DNA from: Candidatus Eiseniibacteriota bacterium
Lineage (GTDB): Bacteria > Eisenbacteria > RBG-16-71-46 > CAIMUX01 > VGJL01
Assembly: GCA_041946735.1 (NCBI GenBank)
Contig: JBHGAY010000018.1
Location: 1 to 64,000, forward strand
Direction of reading: 5' to 3'
Length of the DNA: 64,000 nt
Shown here: positions 37,859 to 47,537 of the stretch, piece by piece
How the letters are laid out: each line of letters begins with the position of its first letter
Numbering within the stretch: the first letter of the stretch is position 1
Program-made: the position numbers and the translations under genes
The notes under the pieces: model-generated
What the model was told of the DNA's origin: nothing
What the model saw: only the letters and a program-made list of their open reading frames with translations
The model's database searches: none

Positions 37859-40396
37859 ATGGCGACGAAGACCGCTCTGACGCAACCCGAGGGGGGGGCC
37901 GCCGCCGGCCCCCCTTCCCCGTATCGGCCGTACATTCCGGCCGAGGTCCGGATCCCCGAGCTGACGTTCCTGCCGCTGCTGGCGGGGACCCTCCTCGGCA
38001 TGGTCTTCGGCGCCTCGTCGCTCTACCTGGTGTTGAAGGTCGGGCTCACCGTCTCGGCGTCGATCCCCGTCGCCGTCCTCTCGATCACGCTCTTCCGCAT
38101 CCTCTCGAAGTTCGGGGCGCGCAACGCGACGATCCTCGAGAACAACATCGTGCAAACGGCGGGATCGGCGGGCGAGTCGATCGCCTTCGGTATCGGGGTG
38201 ACGATGCCGGCGATCATGATCCTCGGGTTCGACCTCGCCTTCACCCGCGTGATGCTCGTCGCCGTGCTGGGCGGCCTGCTCGGCATCCTGATGATGATCC
38301 CGCTGCGGCGGGCGCTGATCGTCCAGCAGCACGGAGTCCTGAAGTATCCCGAAGGGACCGCCTGCGCGGAGGTCCTGAAGGCGGGCGCGTCGGAAGAATC
38401 GCGGGAGATCGCCGCCCGATACGGGACCGACGAGGCGGCGGCGAGCGGGTCGCAGATCGGCGCGAGGACGATCTTCACCGGGTTCGGCATCGGCTTCCTC
38501 TACCAGGTGGCGATGGCCGCCTTCCGCTTCTGGCGGGACATCCCGGAGAAGGTGTTCGGGGCGCCCTACAAGGCGGCATCGATCGGAGCGGAGATCTCCC
38601 CCGCCCTGCTCGGCGTCGGCTACATCATCGGGCCGCGCATCTCCTCGATCATGTGCGCGGGAGGGGTGCTCGCCTATCTCGTCCTGATCCCTGCGATCAA
38701 GTTCTTCGGCGAAGGGATGACGACCGCGCTGCCGCCGGGGACGATCCCGATACGCGAGATGAACCCCAACCAGATCCGGGGCGCCTACGTCCTGTACATT
38801 GGCGCCGGCGCCGTCGCTGCGGGCGGAATCATCAGCCTGGTGCGGTCGTTCCCGATCATCTGGCACGGCATCCGCGAAGGGATCCGCGACGTGCGGAGCG
38901 GCCGGGCGAACGGGTCCGCCGAGGTGCTTCGTACCGAGCACGACATTTCGATGAAGTACGTGATCGGCGGGATCCTGCTGCTCATGGCCCTGATCATGGC
39001 GTTCCGGACGCTTCACATGCACCTGGCCGGCGCGATCATGATCGTCGCCTTCGGCTTCCTGTTCGTGACCGTCTCGTCGCGGCTGACCGGAGAGATCGGA
39101 TCGTCTTCGAACCCGATCTCCGGCATGACGGTCGCGACCCTGTTGTTGACCTGCCTGATCTTCCTCGTCGTCGGCTGGACCGGCCCCTCCTACTACGTGA
39201 CCGCGTTGTCGGTCGGCGCGATCGTCTGTATCGCGGCAAGCAACGGCGGGACGACCTCGCAGGACCTGAAGACCGGCTTCCTCGTCGGCGCGACGCCGCG
39301 GCTGCAGCAGATCTCCATTCTGGTCGGCGCGCTCGCTTCGGCGGTCGTCCTCGGCCCGATCCTCCTGCGGCTGAACGACGCGGCGACGGTGTACGTGCCG
39401 CCGACATCCTTCGAGCAGGTCGACGCCTCGACGGCCCGCGACGTCGCGATCGACCGGCAGGTCCTGGACGGGCTGCCGGTCTACCGGCCGGCCGGGGAGA
39501 GCGGCGCGCCCGCGGCGATCGCCGGCGGCAACTACCGGCGGCTCGAGGTCGGATCGGACGCGGCGCTCGGCGGGATCGCGGCGGGGACGTATCTGGTCGA
39601 CGAGGCGACGGGACATCTCGCCTGGCGGGAGGAGGCGAACTTCCCGGCCGAACTGCGCGCGCCGGCCGGGGAAATCGGGACGAAGGAGGAGCGGGTGCGC
39701 GGGCCGCAGGCGGCGAGCGATTCGCGCGCCTATCGCTCGTGGCAGAAGACCGACGAGATCGGCGGACCGAGCGGCAAGTACCTCGTGGACGAGACGGGGC
39801 GGCCGGCCTACCTCGTCGATCCCGGCATCAACGGCGTGCACCGCGTCCGCCCGGACGGCTCGACCGTGACGAAGTACGATGCGCCGAAGGCGACGCTCAT
39901 GTCGTACATCATAAAGGGGATCCTGAATCGCCAGCTCCCCTGGGGGCTCGTGCTGATCGGGGTCATGATCGCGATCGTCCTGGAGATGGCGAGCATCCCC
40001 TCACTCGCGTTCGCGGTGGGCGTCTACCTGCCGCTCTCCTCCTCGACGCCGATCCTGGTCGGCGGCGCCATTCGCTGGCTCATCGACCGGCGACTGCGGC
40101 GACGCATGGCGGGAATGAGCGAGGAGCAGATCCAAGCCGAAGGCGACAAGAGCCCCGGCGTGCTCATGGCTTCCGGCTACATCGCCGGCGGCGCGATCGC
40201 GGGAATCGTGATCGCCTTCATGGCCGGCGTCCTGACCGACGTCAACCGCTCGATCGAGGAGTGGTCTGCGGCGAACAATCCGTTCTTCGGCGGCGCGCAT
40301 GCCGACGCCCTGTCGATGCTCCCCTTCCTCGGGCTCGCTCTGCTGCTCTGGCTGACCGGGCGCGAGACGATCCTCGCCGGGAAGCGGAAGGCCTGA
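37859..40396 (+). CDS. OPT family oligopeptide transporter
   Basis: LKVGLTVSASIP, ENNIVQT.GSAGES, LKYPEGTACAEVL, GSSSNPISGM, SQDLKTGFLVGATP. Confidence 0.94.
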   Translation: MATKTALTQPEGGAAAGPPSPYRPYIPAEVRIPELTFLPLLAGTLLGMVFGASSLYLVLKVGLTVSASIPVAVLSITLFRILSKFGARNATILENNIVQTAGSAGESIAFGIGVTMPAIMILGFDLAFTRVMLVAVLGGLLGILMMIPLRRALIVQQHGVLKYPEGTACAEVLKAGASEESREIAARYGTDEAAASGSQIGARTIFTGFGIGFLYQVAMAAFRFWRDIPEKVFGAPYKAASIGAEISPALLGVGYIIGPRISSIMCAGGVLAYLVLIPAIKFFGEGMTTALPPGTIPIREMNPNQIRGAYVLYIGAGAVAAGGIISLVRSFPIIWHGIREGIRDVRSGRANGSAEVLRTEHDISMKYVIGGILLLMALIMAFRTLHMHLAGAIMIVAFGFLFVTVSSRLTGEIGSSSNPISGMTVATLLLTCLIFLVVGWTGPSYYVTALSVGAIVCIAASNGGTTSQDLKTGFLVGATPRLQQISILVGALASAVVLGPILLRLNDAATVYVPPTSFEQVDASTARDVAIDRQVLDGLPVYRPAGESGAPAAIAGGNYRRLEVGSDAALGGIAAGTYLVDEATGHLAWREEANFPAELRAPAGEIGTKEERVRGPQAASDSRAYRSWQKTDEIGGPSGKYLVDETGRPAYLVDPGINGVHRVRPDGSTVTKYDAPKATLMSYIIKGILNRQLPWGLVLIGVMIAIVLEMASIPSLAFAVGVYLPLSSSTPILVGGAIRWLIDRRLRRRMAGMSEEQIQAEGDKSPGVLMASGYIAGGAIAGIVIAFMAGVLTDVNRSIEEWSAANNPFFGGAHADALSMLPFLGLALLLWLTGRETILAGKRKA

Positions 40397-40431
40397 GGCC
40401 GGAAGGCAAAGGTCCCACCGAGGCGTAAGGG

Positions 40432-40465
40432 GAGCCGGCGCGAGCCGGCGAGCCGGCGAGCCGGC
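40432..40465. repeat. Four GAGCCGGC octamer copies
   Basis: gagccggc-gc-gagccggc-gagccggc-gagccggc. Confidence 0.7.
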
Positions 40466-40665
40466 GCGCCGCTGCCGCCGTATCCCGGCTCTCACAGTCC
40501 TGTATGCCGGGGTGGACCATGTGATCCCGCCGGACCTGTGAGAGCATCCGCCGCCGGTAGTTCTATCCGCCGGCCGAACAGCTCGTTGCCATCGCGCCCA
40601 GGACACGCCCCACCATGGCACCTTCCCTGCTCTCTCCGATGCATCGAGGGAGGGAGGGCAAGGTC

Positions 40666-41520
40666 ATGGACAGGTCGGCCCGGTCGCACGCCTCACGATC
40701 CACCCGCGTTCCGGCACGCAGTTCGACGGCGGGTCTTCGGCGGCCCGGAGCCGCCGTTCTCGTTCTTCTGCTCGCTCCATGGATGTCGCCGATGCTCCTC
40801 GCGTCTCCGGCCGAGGCACTCAGGCCCGATACCTTGTCCGACCACGTCCGTTTGAGCCCGGAGCGCGACCGCCTCCCGTTCGCGGGAAATCCGCTCCCCG
40901 CCCGCTACCCTTCGTTCGGCATCGGTTACGGCGTCGGGCTGGACCTCTCGTCGCTCGACGGCGTCGAGAAGTCGTTCCAGCGCATCGAGGACCGGCACCG
41001 GGCGGAGGGCTGGGTCATCCAGGATCCCCCCGATATTGCGCTCGACCCCATGCAGCTCTGGACGGTCGCGATCCGCGTGGAAGAGCGGCTGGAGTTCGCC
41101 TGGCAGATCGGGCGTTCCGGCGGAGACGAGAATCAGCTGAACCTGAAGGGGCTTCTCGTCACGGGACACTACACGCCCGGCCGAGATCCGGCGTTTCAGT
41201 TCTCCGCCTCGATCGGCGCCGGCTGGTACGGCTTTCACTTTCGCAAGACCTACGGCGACAAGATCTCGATCGTCGATTCGGGCGGGCACTACACCTCGCT
41301 CGACCACGTCACGCTCGACGGTGGCGGCAACTACTTCTCGGCCGGCGCCGGCATGACGGCGCACCCGACGCTCTATTCCGCCATTGATTTCTATGCTCAG
41401 TATCTGCGCGCGCCCGACGAGTCGACCAGCGCCGGGGACGACTCCCCCCGGCTGTCGGTCAACCTGGGCGGACTCCTCGTCGGGGTGCGGCTCTCGATCT
41501 TCCATCCGCTAGGGAAGTGA
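40666..41520 (+). CDS. Hypothetical exported protein, probable outer-membrane beta-barrel (start 40615 or 40666)
   Basis: Signal peptide; alternating Gly/aromatic strands (FQFSASIGAGWYGF, IDFYAQY, LLVGVRLSIF). Confidence 0.65.
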   Translation: MDRSARSHASRSTRVPARSSTAGLRRPGAAVLVLLLAPWMSPMLLASPAEALRPDTLSDHVRLSPERDRLPFAGNPLPARYPSFGIGYGVGLDLSSLDGVEKSFQRIEDRHRAEGWVIQDPPDIALDPMQLWTVAIRVEERLEFAWQIGRSGGDENQLNLKGLLVTGHYTPGRDPAFQFSASIGAGWYGFHFRKTYGDKISIVDSGGHYTSLDHVTLDGGGNYFSAGAGMTAHPTLYSAIDFYAQYLRAPDESTSAGDDSPRLSVNLGGLLVGVRLSIFHPLGK

Positions 41521-41536
41521 GAAGGGGGATACGGTC

Positions 41537-43168
41537 ATGAGACGCGATCGCAACCTGATCCTGCTGGGGCTCATCGCCGCGCAGATGGCCGCCATCCCCG
41601 CGTGCCAGACATCACGAAAGATCACGCTGCGCAGTCAGCTCGCGGAGACGGCACGCACCAGCGGGACGGAATCGATCACCGTGTTCACGAAGGACCGGGA
41701 GAGCTACGAGCTCGTCTGGTACTCGCTCGAGGATTCCGTCCTTCAAGGGACCGGGATGGTCCGGACCGATCGCGGCGGAGCCGACTTCGCCGGCGAGATT
41801 CCTCTGTCGGACATCTACGCGATCCAGGCGAACTCGACGAGCGTCCTCAAAGGACTCGTAATGACCGGAGCCGTCGCTGCTTTCATCGCCGTCTCGGCTT
41901 CGGAACCGGAGATGGGCAACGGTCTCGACCCGATCGAGGACATCCAGCAGCACGGCCCGGGCGGCGGTGGAGGAGGCGGGACATCGTGCCCCTATATCTA
42001 CTCTTGGAATGGGAAAGGGTACGTGCTCGAGGCGGAGCCGTTCGGCGTCGCGCTCGGGAAGGCCCTGGAGAGGACGACTTATCATCTGCTCCCCTCGGCC
42101 GTCGCGCAGGACGGCATCGTCCGCCTGCGCCTCACCAACGAGAGGCAGGAGACGCACAGCGTGAACGCCGTCGGGCTCGTCGCAATCGAGACGGACGGGC
42201 CGGCCGAAGTGGTGCTCGATGCCGCCGGGACGGCGTGGCCGGTCACCAGGCCGCAAAGTCCTCGCTCCGCAGTAGACAATTCTGACCGAGACATTCTTGA
42301 TGATGTCGCAAGCGCCGACGGAAGGATGTGGGAGTGTGGCCCTGCGTCGGTGAACCCGACCTCGGAGTACGAGGACGTGCTTGAGCTGGCCTTCGCCGCT
42401 CCGTCTCGATCTGCGGATCGTTCGCCGGTCGAGGTATCGCTGATCCTGCGCGGCATCAACACGCGCTTCTCGACGGTGCTCTACTCGCAGATGTCGCGTA
42501 TGGCCGGCGATCAGGCCCTCGCGCTCGTGCACGCGATCGACACCGACCCGGAGATGATCGACCTCCTCCGCCGATACCTCGCCGACGCATCTCTGTCGAT
42601 CTCCCTCTGGAACGGCCACGCTTGGGAGCCGGCGGGAGCCTTCGAGCCCGAGGCGAACGCCGTCCCGTTCTCGCGCGCCGTTCGAATCCGCGTTCCGCAG
42701 GATGCCGGAGACGATCTTCGCATCCGCCTGCGCAGCATGGCGGACGTATGGAAGATCGACGCGCTCGCCGTCGACTGGACGCCCGCCGCCCCGCTGCCGG
42801 CGCACCCGCTGCCGATGCTCTCCGCCGAGGCCGACGACGACGGCGCCGACATGCTCCCGCTGCTCCTCGGCAGCGACGACCGCTACGCCGTCCTCCTTCC
42901 TCCCGATGCCGTGGAGCTGCGCTTCGGCGCGCAGGCGGCATCCCCGGGAAAGAAGATCGTGTACGCCGTCGCGGGAAGCGGCTATCTGCACGAGTGGATT
43001 CGCACCGGGACTGCGGGAGCGGGCGCGGACCTCGCGGCCGCCTCGCTCGCCTCGATGGTCCCCGGCGGCCAGCGCATCGCCTTCCTGAAGAAGATGCTCG
43101 CGAACCGAGCGATGGCTTTGGGGCCGGCCTACGCGGAATGGTTCGAAGCGCGCAGGCAGGAGCGGTGA
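41537..43168 (+). CDS. Hypothetical lipoprotein-like protein with GGGGGTSCPYIYSWNG motif
   Basis: Lipobox-like AIPAC; RBS GAAGGGGG; follows the barrel gene by 16 nt. Confidence 0.75.
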   Translation: MRRDRNLILLGLIAAQMAAIPACQTSRKITLRSQLAETARTSGTESITVFTKDRESYELVWYSLEDSVLQGTGMVRTDRGGADFAGEIPLSDIYAIQANSTSVLKGLVMTGAVAAFIAVSASEPEMGNGLDPIEDIQQHGPGGGGGGGTSCPYIYSWNGKGYVLEAEPFGVALGKALERTTYHLLPSAVAQDGIVRLRLTNERQETHSVNAVGLVAIETDGPAEVVLDAAGTAWPVTRPQSPRSAVDNSDRDILDDVASADGRMWECGPASVNPTSEYEDVLELAFAAPSRSADRSPVEVSLILRGINTRFSTVLYSQMSRMAGDQALALVHAIDTDPEMIDLLRRYLADASLSISLWNGHAWEPAGAFEPEANAVPFSRAVRIRVPQDAGDDLRIRLRSMADVWKIDALAVDWTPAAPLPAHPLPMLSAEADDDGADMLPLLLGSDDRYAVLLPPDAVELRFGAQAASPGKKIVYAVAGSGYLHEWIRTGTAGAGADLAAASLASMVPGGQRIAFLKKMLANRAMALGPAYAEWFEARRQER

Positions 43169-43208
43169 TGCCCCCAACCGGCCGCTCGGCGCGCGCCGGT
43201 TCGATCGG

Positions 43209-46001
43209 TCAGAGCGCCTGGCCGCGCCAGGTCGCGCTTCCCTCCCCTGCCTTGAAGAAACGGGTCGTCCCGTCGGCGACCCGCCGCATCATCACCAGGC
43301 GGACGCCTGGATCCCCACGGAAGTCGCCCCAGCTCCACCCGGCCTTCGCACGCGGCGGCGCCGGCCAGACGACGACGTCCTCTTCGTCCGGCAATCGGAT
43401 CTCGAGCGCCAGTCCGCCCCCCTCGATCGGGGATTCCTTCACTTCCGGGATCCAGGGAGGCACCCAGCCTGGGAAGCGCGCGGCGCTCGGGGCGGCAGTC
43501 GTCTCGGCATTCGCCGTCCCTTGCCTTTCCTCGGGTCGGAACGGAATGAGCAGCGTTGCGATCGCCTCCGGCACGGCCGCGTCGCTGTCGATCAGAACGG
43601 CCGGTGCGGGCCGCTTCGCGTTGTAGCCGGCCGCTGTCCATCCCTGGATCGGATCCTCGCTCCCCTCGACGATTCGCAGACGGCTCTGCGCGCCCGGAAC
43701 GATCAGGAGGTTGCCGGCCCCCCCGCTGTCCGTGGCCGCCCACGCCCCATCCGGAGCGACCTGCGATCTGCCGGGAGAAAGGTGGAAGATCCTCGTCAGC
43801 GCGCGGCGGCCGGCAGCAGCGTGGCCCGCTCCGTCCCCGGAGCCCGCCCGCCCTTCGAGACGGTCGAGCACGATCCAGTATTCCGGACGCACGAAGAGAA
43901 CCGCCCGAACGTGGCGCACCGAGCGATCGAGGGGGAGTCTCCACCCCTTCGGGCTCAGGTAGCCCTCGTCATAGATTCCCTCGGCGTACTCGCCGCACTC
44001 CCCTTCCGCCCAGAACGGCGGCGGATCGGCTTCGAAGCGGAACGAGCGGCGATAGCGGCTGCGCGACTGCCCGCAGCCGTCGACGAGCACCGAGTTGTGC
44101 CCCGCGGTCGCGCGAAAGTAGCGATGGAAACGGTTGGCAGGATCGTACGTGTAGCTGCCGTTGTCGACGATGAGCGGCCTGCCATAGCCCCAGCAGGTCA
44201 CCGACAGCTTGTCTTCGTGCCCGTGCGGTCCGCCGAAGGCGCCGGCGTCGAACGTCAGCTCCAGGTCCTCCGGGGTCCACCCGGTCCGCATCACGATCTG
44301 GCCGGCCTGCGGAAAGCAACGCGACGACCAGCGCGGGCGCGTCCCCTCGCGCCCCGCCGTGCCCGCGTAGATGAAGTCCGGGCGATCGAACAGCCCGCCG
44401 ACCCGGACCAGATCGTCATCGACCTTCGCCACCGCGCCGTCGTTCAGGCTCGGCACGATCCCGTCGGGCTGCACGACCGACGCCAGGTACTCCCACATCG
44501 CCTCGATCCTCTCGTCCAGGTCTCCCGGCAGCATCATCCCATGCGACAGGATCGCCGCACGCGCGAGCATCAGCTCCTCGAGAACGAGCCGGTGGTACGC
44601 GGGCGACAGCTCGACGTTCACGCCGTCGTCGTAGACCTGCGCGCGGACCTGCTGCTGCAGGCGCCCGAGCGCGATGTCCAGCCACTTCCCGGACCGGCGG
44701 AACTCCGGATAGTGCAACGCGGTCTCGAGCAGGCCGTTGATCTCGATCAGGAGATGGTTCGCGTCCCCGCGGAAGTGCGCGAGGAACTGCGCCTGATCGT
44801 GGACCGATCCGAGATAGTCCACCCAGAAACGATCGTCCAGCTCGGGGCGATCGCGCAGCGCCTCGCTCGTCTGCATCCAGGCGTTTCGCATCCGCAGGCC
44901 CGATTCGACGAGCCGCCAGTGGGGGCTCAGCTCGTTCTTCCAGCGGAGCGGCTCGGTGCGGGCCGTCCAGTCATGGAGCAGCGTCACCACCTCGCGCACA
45001 TACTTCGGATCCCCGGTGCGGCGCCAGGCGCGGGCCATCTCGACCCACTGGGTATGCCGATTCAATGTATAAGCCCACTCGGCGTCCTGCACCTGCGATC
45101 CGGTCCAGTCGATCTTCTTGCCCTCCTGGCGCTCGAAGCCGGTCATCCGGTAGCGATGCGCGAGCGCGGCGTCCGCGATCTCGAGCTGCGCGTCCGTCGC
45201 CGGACCCACCTCGATCCCGGGACGCATCGGCGGGACCGGCCTCGTCCGGAAATGTTCGGCGAGCGCATGGATGGCTCCCGCGCGGTCTCCGCGGCCGGCC
45301 AGGCGGAAGACCTCCTCCATCCCCGGCGCGTGACGATCGAAGAGCTCCAGGAAGCGCTCTTCCGAGAAGCGCTGGTGAGGCACGAGACGGGTCGTCGGAT
45401 GCCCCGCCAGCGCGATCAGAGACAGGACGGCCAGCGGTCCGGCGACGGCCAGCCCCACCGCATTCCAGCGAACGGCGGCGACCGCGCGATCGATCCTCGC
45501 GAAGAGCAGGAGGAACGGGGCGCCGGCGATGATCCCGACGGCGGCCGCGAAACCGGTCACAGGCAAACGGATCGTGGGGGGGAGCGGGACGCCGTAGCGA
45601 CGCGCGACCACGAACGCCGCGCCCGCCGCCGCCGCGGCGAAACATGCCGATGCGACGGGACGCCGCCACGGCCCCGCGGCGCGCAGCACCACACCGACAG
45701 AGGCGCCGCAGACCATGGCGACCGGCGCGACGCGCCAGAGCGGATAGGTGAGCAGATGCAGCCCGATGAACGGAATGTCCCCGGGGAGGTAGTGCCGGCG
45801 GACGATGTAGTAAGCCGTGAAGGCGAGGGAGGCGGCGATACCGGCGAGTCCGCCCAGGACGGCGCCGCGACCCGCGGCGGCCCCCCAGGCTCCGCTTCGC
45901 GATCGCCGAGATGGGCGTGGGTCGCCTCGCTCACCCCTCCTCCGGACGGAGCCCTCGCGTTCGCCGGCGTCCCCCACTCGCCCCACCGTCCCCCGGGTCA
46001 T
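43209..46001 (-). CDS. Heparinase II/III-like polysaccharide lyase with N-terminal TM helices
   Basis: LNRHTQW, NHLLIE, DGVNVELSPAYH, PDG..PSLNDG, HGHEDKLS, TAGHNSVLVDG. Confidence 0.85.
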   Translation of the reverse strand: MTRGTVGRVGDAGEREGSVRRRGERGDPRPSRRSRSGAWGAAAGRGAVLGGLAGIAASLAFTAYYIVRRHYLPGDIPFIGLHLLTYPLWRVAPVAMVCGASVGVVLRAAGPWRRPVASACFAAAAAGAAFVVARRYGVPLPPTIRLPVTGFAAAVGIIAGAPFLLLFARIDRAVAAVRWNAVGLAVAGPLAVLSLIALAGHPTTRLVPHQRFSEERFLELFDRHAPGMEEVFRLAGRGDRAGAIHALAEHFRTRPVPPMRPGIEVGPATDAQLEIADAALAHRYRMTGFERQEGKKIDWTGSQVQDAEWAYTLNRHTQWVEMARAWRRTGDPKYVREVVTLLHDWTARTEPLRWKNELSPHWRLVESGLRMRNAWMQTSEALRDRPELDDRFWVDYLGSVHDQAQFLAHFRGDANHLLIEINGLLETALHYPEFRRSGKWLDIALGRLQQQVRAQVYDDGVNVELSPAYHRLVLEELMLARAAILSHGMMLPGDLDERIEAMWEYLASVVQPDGIVPSLNDGAVAKVDDDLVRVGGLFDRPDFIYAGTAGREGTRPRWSSRCFPQAGQIVMRTGWTPEDLELTFDAGAFGGPHGHEDKLSVTCWGYGRPLIVDNGSYTYDPANRFHRYFRATAGHNSVLVDGCGQSRSRYRRSFRFEADPPPFWAEGECGEYAEGIYDEGYLSPKGWRLPLDRSVRHVRAVLFVRPEYWIVLDRLEGRAGSGDGAGHAAAGRRALTRIFHLSPGRSQVAPDGAWAATDSGGAGNLLIVPGAQSRLRIVEGSEDPIQGWTAAGYNAKRPAPAVLIDSDAAVPEAIATLLIPFRPEERQGTANAETTAAPSAARFPGWVPPWIPEVKESPIEGGGLALEIRLPDEEDVVVWPAPPRAKAGWSWGDFRGDPGVRLVMMRRVADGTTRFFKAGEGSATWRGQAL

Positions 46002-46129
46002 CGCCCCTCCCGTTCGCGCATCGCTTCACATCCCGCACTTGCGCGGCCGCGCACGAATCTACGCCCTCGTCTGGCGGCGATGCATACCGCAGGCGCATCC
46101 CGCGCGCGCCGCCTCGCCCCCCGCTCCCG

Positions 46130-47500
46130 CTACGGCAGCTTCAGCGGCACGACCAGACCCTCGAGGACGCGCCCGGGCAGCAGGAGGATCTCGCGGAGTC
46201 CCCCTCGCGGCTCCCCGTCGCTCGGCTGCCCGTCTGCGTTGGAGTCCCGGAACGCGAGGACGCGGTACGTCCCGGGATCGACGTCGCCGAACGTGAACGT
46301 CCCATCTCCACGATCCTCGGCGACGAGCGAGGAGTCTTCCTCGCTTCCGCCGGCCTCCTCCTTGCGAACCTCGCGGAACAGGCGCACGAGAATCGGCGCA
46401 GCGCATCGAGCCGAGTCGGCTCGCGCCACGGCCATCATCGCCTCGATCTCCACGATCCGCGCGCGGATCGCCGTCGTGTCGACCGGCGCAGGGCGCTTCT
46501 CCGCGAACGCCCGGAGCGTGTCCCACTCCGCGGCCGTCGTGTCTGCGGCGATCCTTGCCCGCAGGCTGTCGGCCTGCAGGCCGAACCGGCGCAGCGCCAC
46601 GGCGCCGCGTCCGATGCACGTCGAGTCGATCGCGGTGCCACCGATCGTCCCCGGCTCTTCCGGATAGACCAGATAGAGGTCGATCCCCGCCACCGCCCGC
46701 GTCGTGTCTCCGACCCGGACCGGCTGCTCCAGGCAACCCCAGACGTCTTCGTCCGCGTCGTAGACGCGGTCGCCGGCCCGGTCGTAGAGCGCGCAGATCT
46801 CGAGGTCGGTGTCGCGCGGGAGCCATTCCATCCGGAAGCTCCCGTCCTTGCCGGTCGGCGCGACCCGCAGGGCGGGCCGGATCTCCCCCGAGCTCGTGTC
46901 CGGCGGACCGTCGCTCCACGGCCAGGCGTAGAGGTCGACGCCGGCGAGCGGGATCCGCCCGACATGCAGCTTCCCCTCGACCACCCCATCGTCGAGCGTC
47001 GGTCCGGTCGAGAACGGGGCGACCCATGGTCCGAGCGCGTTGCCCCGGCGATCCTTCGCCGCCGCGCTGATCAGGATCGTGTAGGTCTTCGCGGTGTCGG
47101 GCGGCTCCCGCAAGGGGATCGCGAGCAGGTTCCCGCGCCATTCGGGACGGCCGAGCGAGAGCGGCGGCGTCACTCGGATCGACTCGAGAACGCTGCGGCG
47201 GTCCATCTTCTTCGAGAAGAGGATCGAGATCGTGTCGGGCCGCACCTCGACCGCGCCTGAATCGGGAGACAGGGCGAGGACGCGCGGTAGGGTCTTGTCC
47301 TCGGGACCGCCGGACGGAGCTTCGACCTGGGCGCACGAGGCGGCGAGAAGCGCGCCGAGCGTCGCGAGCATCAGGCGGAGTGTCGCGACCCGCGGGGCGG
47401 AAGTCGGGCGCACGGCGCCGGCAGAGGGCACGAAGCCGGCAGACGGCACGACGCCGGCAGAGGGCGCGAAACCGGCGCGCCCGCGACCTGGTTCTCTCAC
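46130..47500 (-). CDS. Lipoprotein with SbsA/Big_5-like Ig domain (start uncertain, possibly 47371)
   Basis: LAASCAQVEAPSGGPEDKTLPRV pattern; DRRGNAL; AFRDSNADG. Confidence 0.75.
   Translation of the reverse strand: MREPGRGRAGFAPSAGVVPSAGFVPSAGAVRPTSAPRVATLRLMLATLGALLAASCAQVEAPSGGPEDKTLPRVLALSPDSGAVEVRPDTISILFSKKMDRRSVLESIRVTPPLSLGRPEWRGNLLAIPLREPPDTAKTYTILISAAAKDRRGNALGPWVAPFSTGPTLDDGVVEGKLHVGRIPLAGVDLYAWPWSDGPPDTSSGEIRPALRVAPTGKDGSFRMEWLPRDTDLEICALYDRAGDRVYDADEDVWGCLEQPVRVGDTTRAVAGIDLYLVYPEEPGTIGGTAIDSTCIGRGAVALRRFGLQADSLRARIAADTTAAEWDTLRAFAEKRPAPVDTTAIRARIVEIEAMMAVARADSARCAAPILVRLFREVRKEEAGGSEEDSSLVAEDRGDGTFTFGDVDPGTYRVLAFRDSNADGQPSDGEPRGGLREILLLPGRVLEGLVVPLKLP
47417..47470. repeat. Three 18-bp tandem repeats (PSAG-containing hexapeptides)
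   Basis: gccggcagagggcacgaa/gccggcagacggcacgac/gccggcagagggcgcgaa. Confidence 0.8.
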
Positions 47501-47537
47501 CGCAGCCGCCCCGCGCCCCGCGCCCCTCGCCTCGCCC

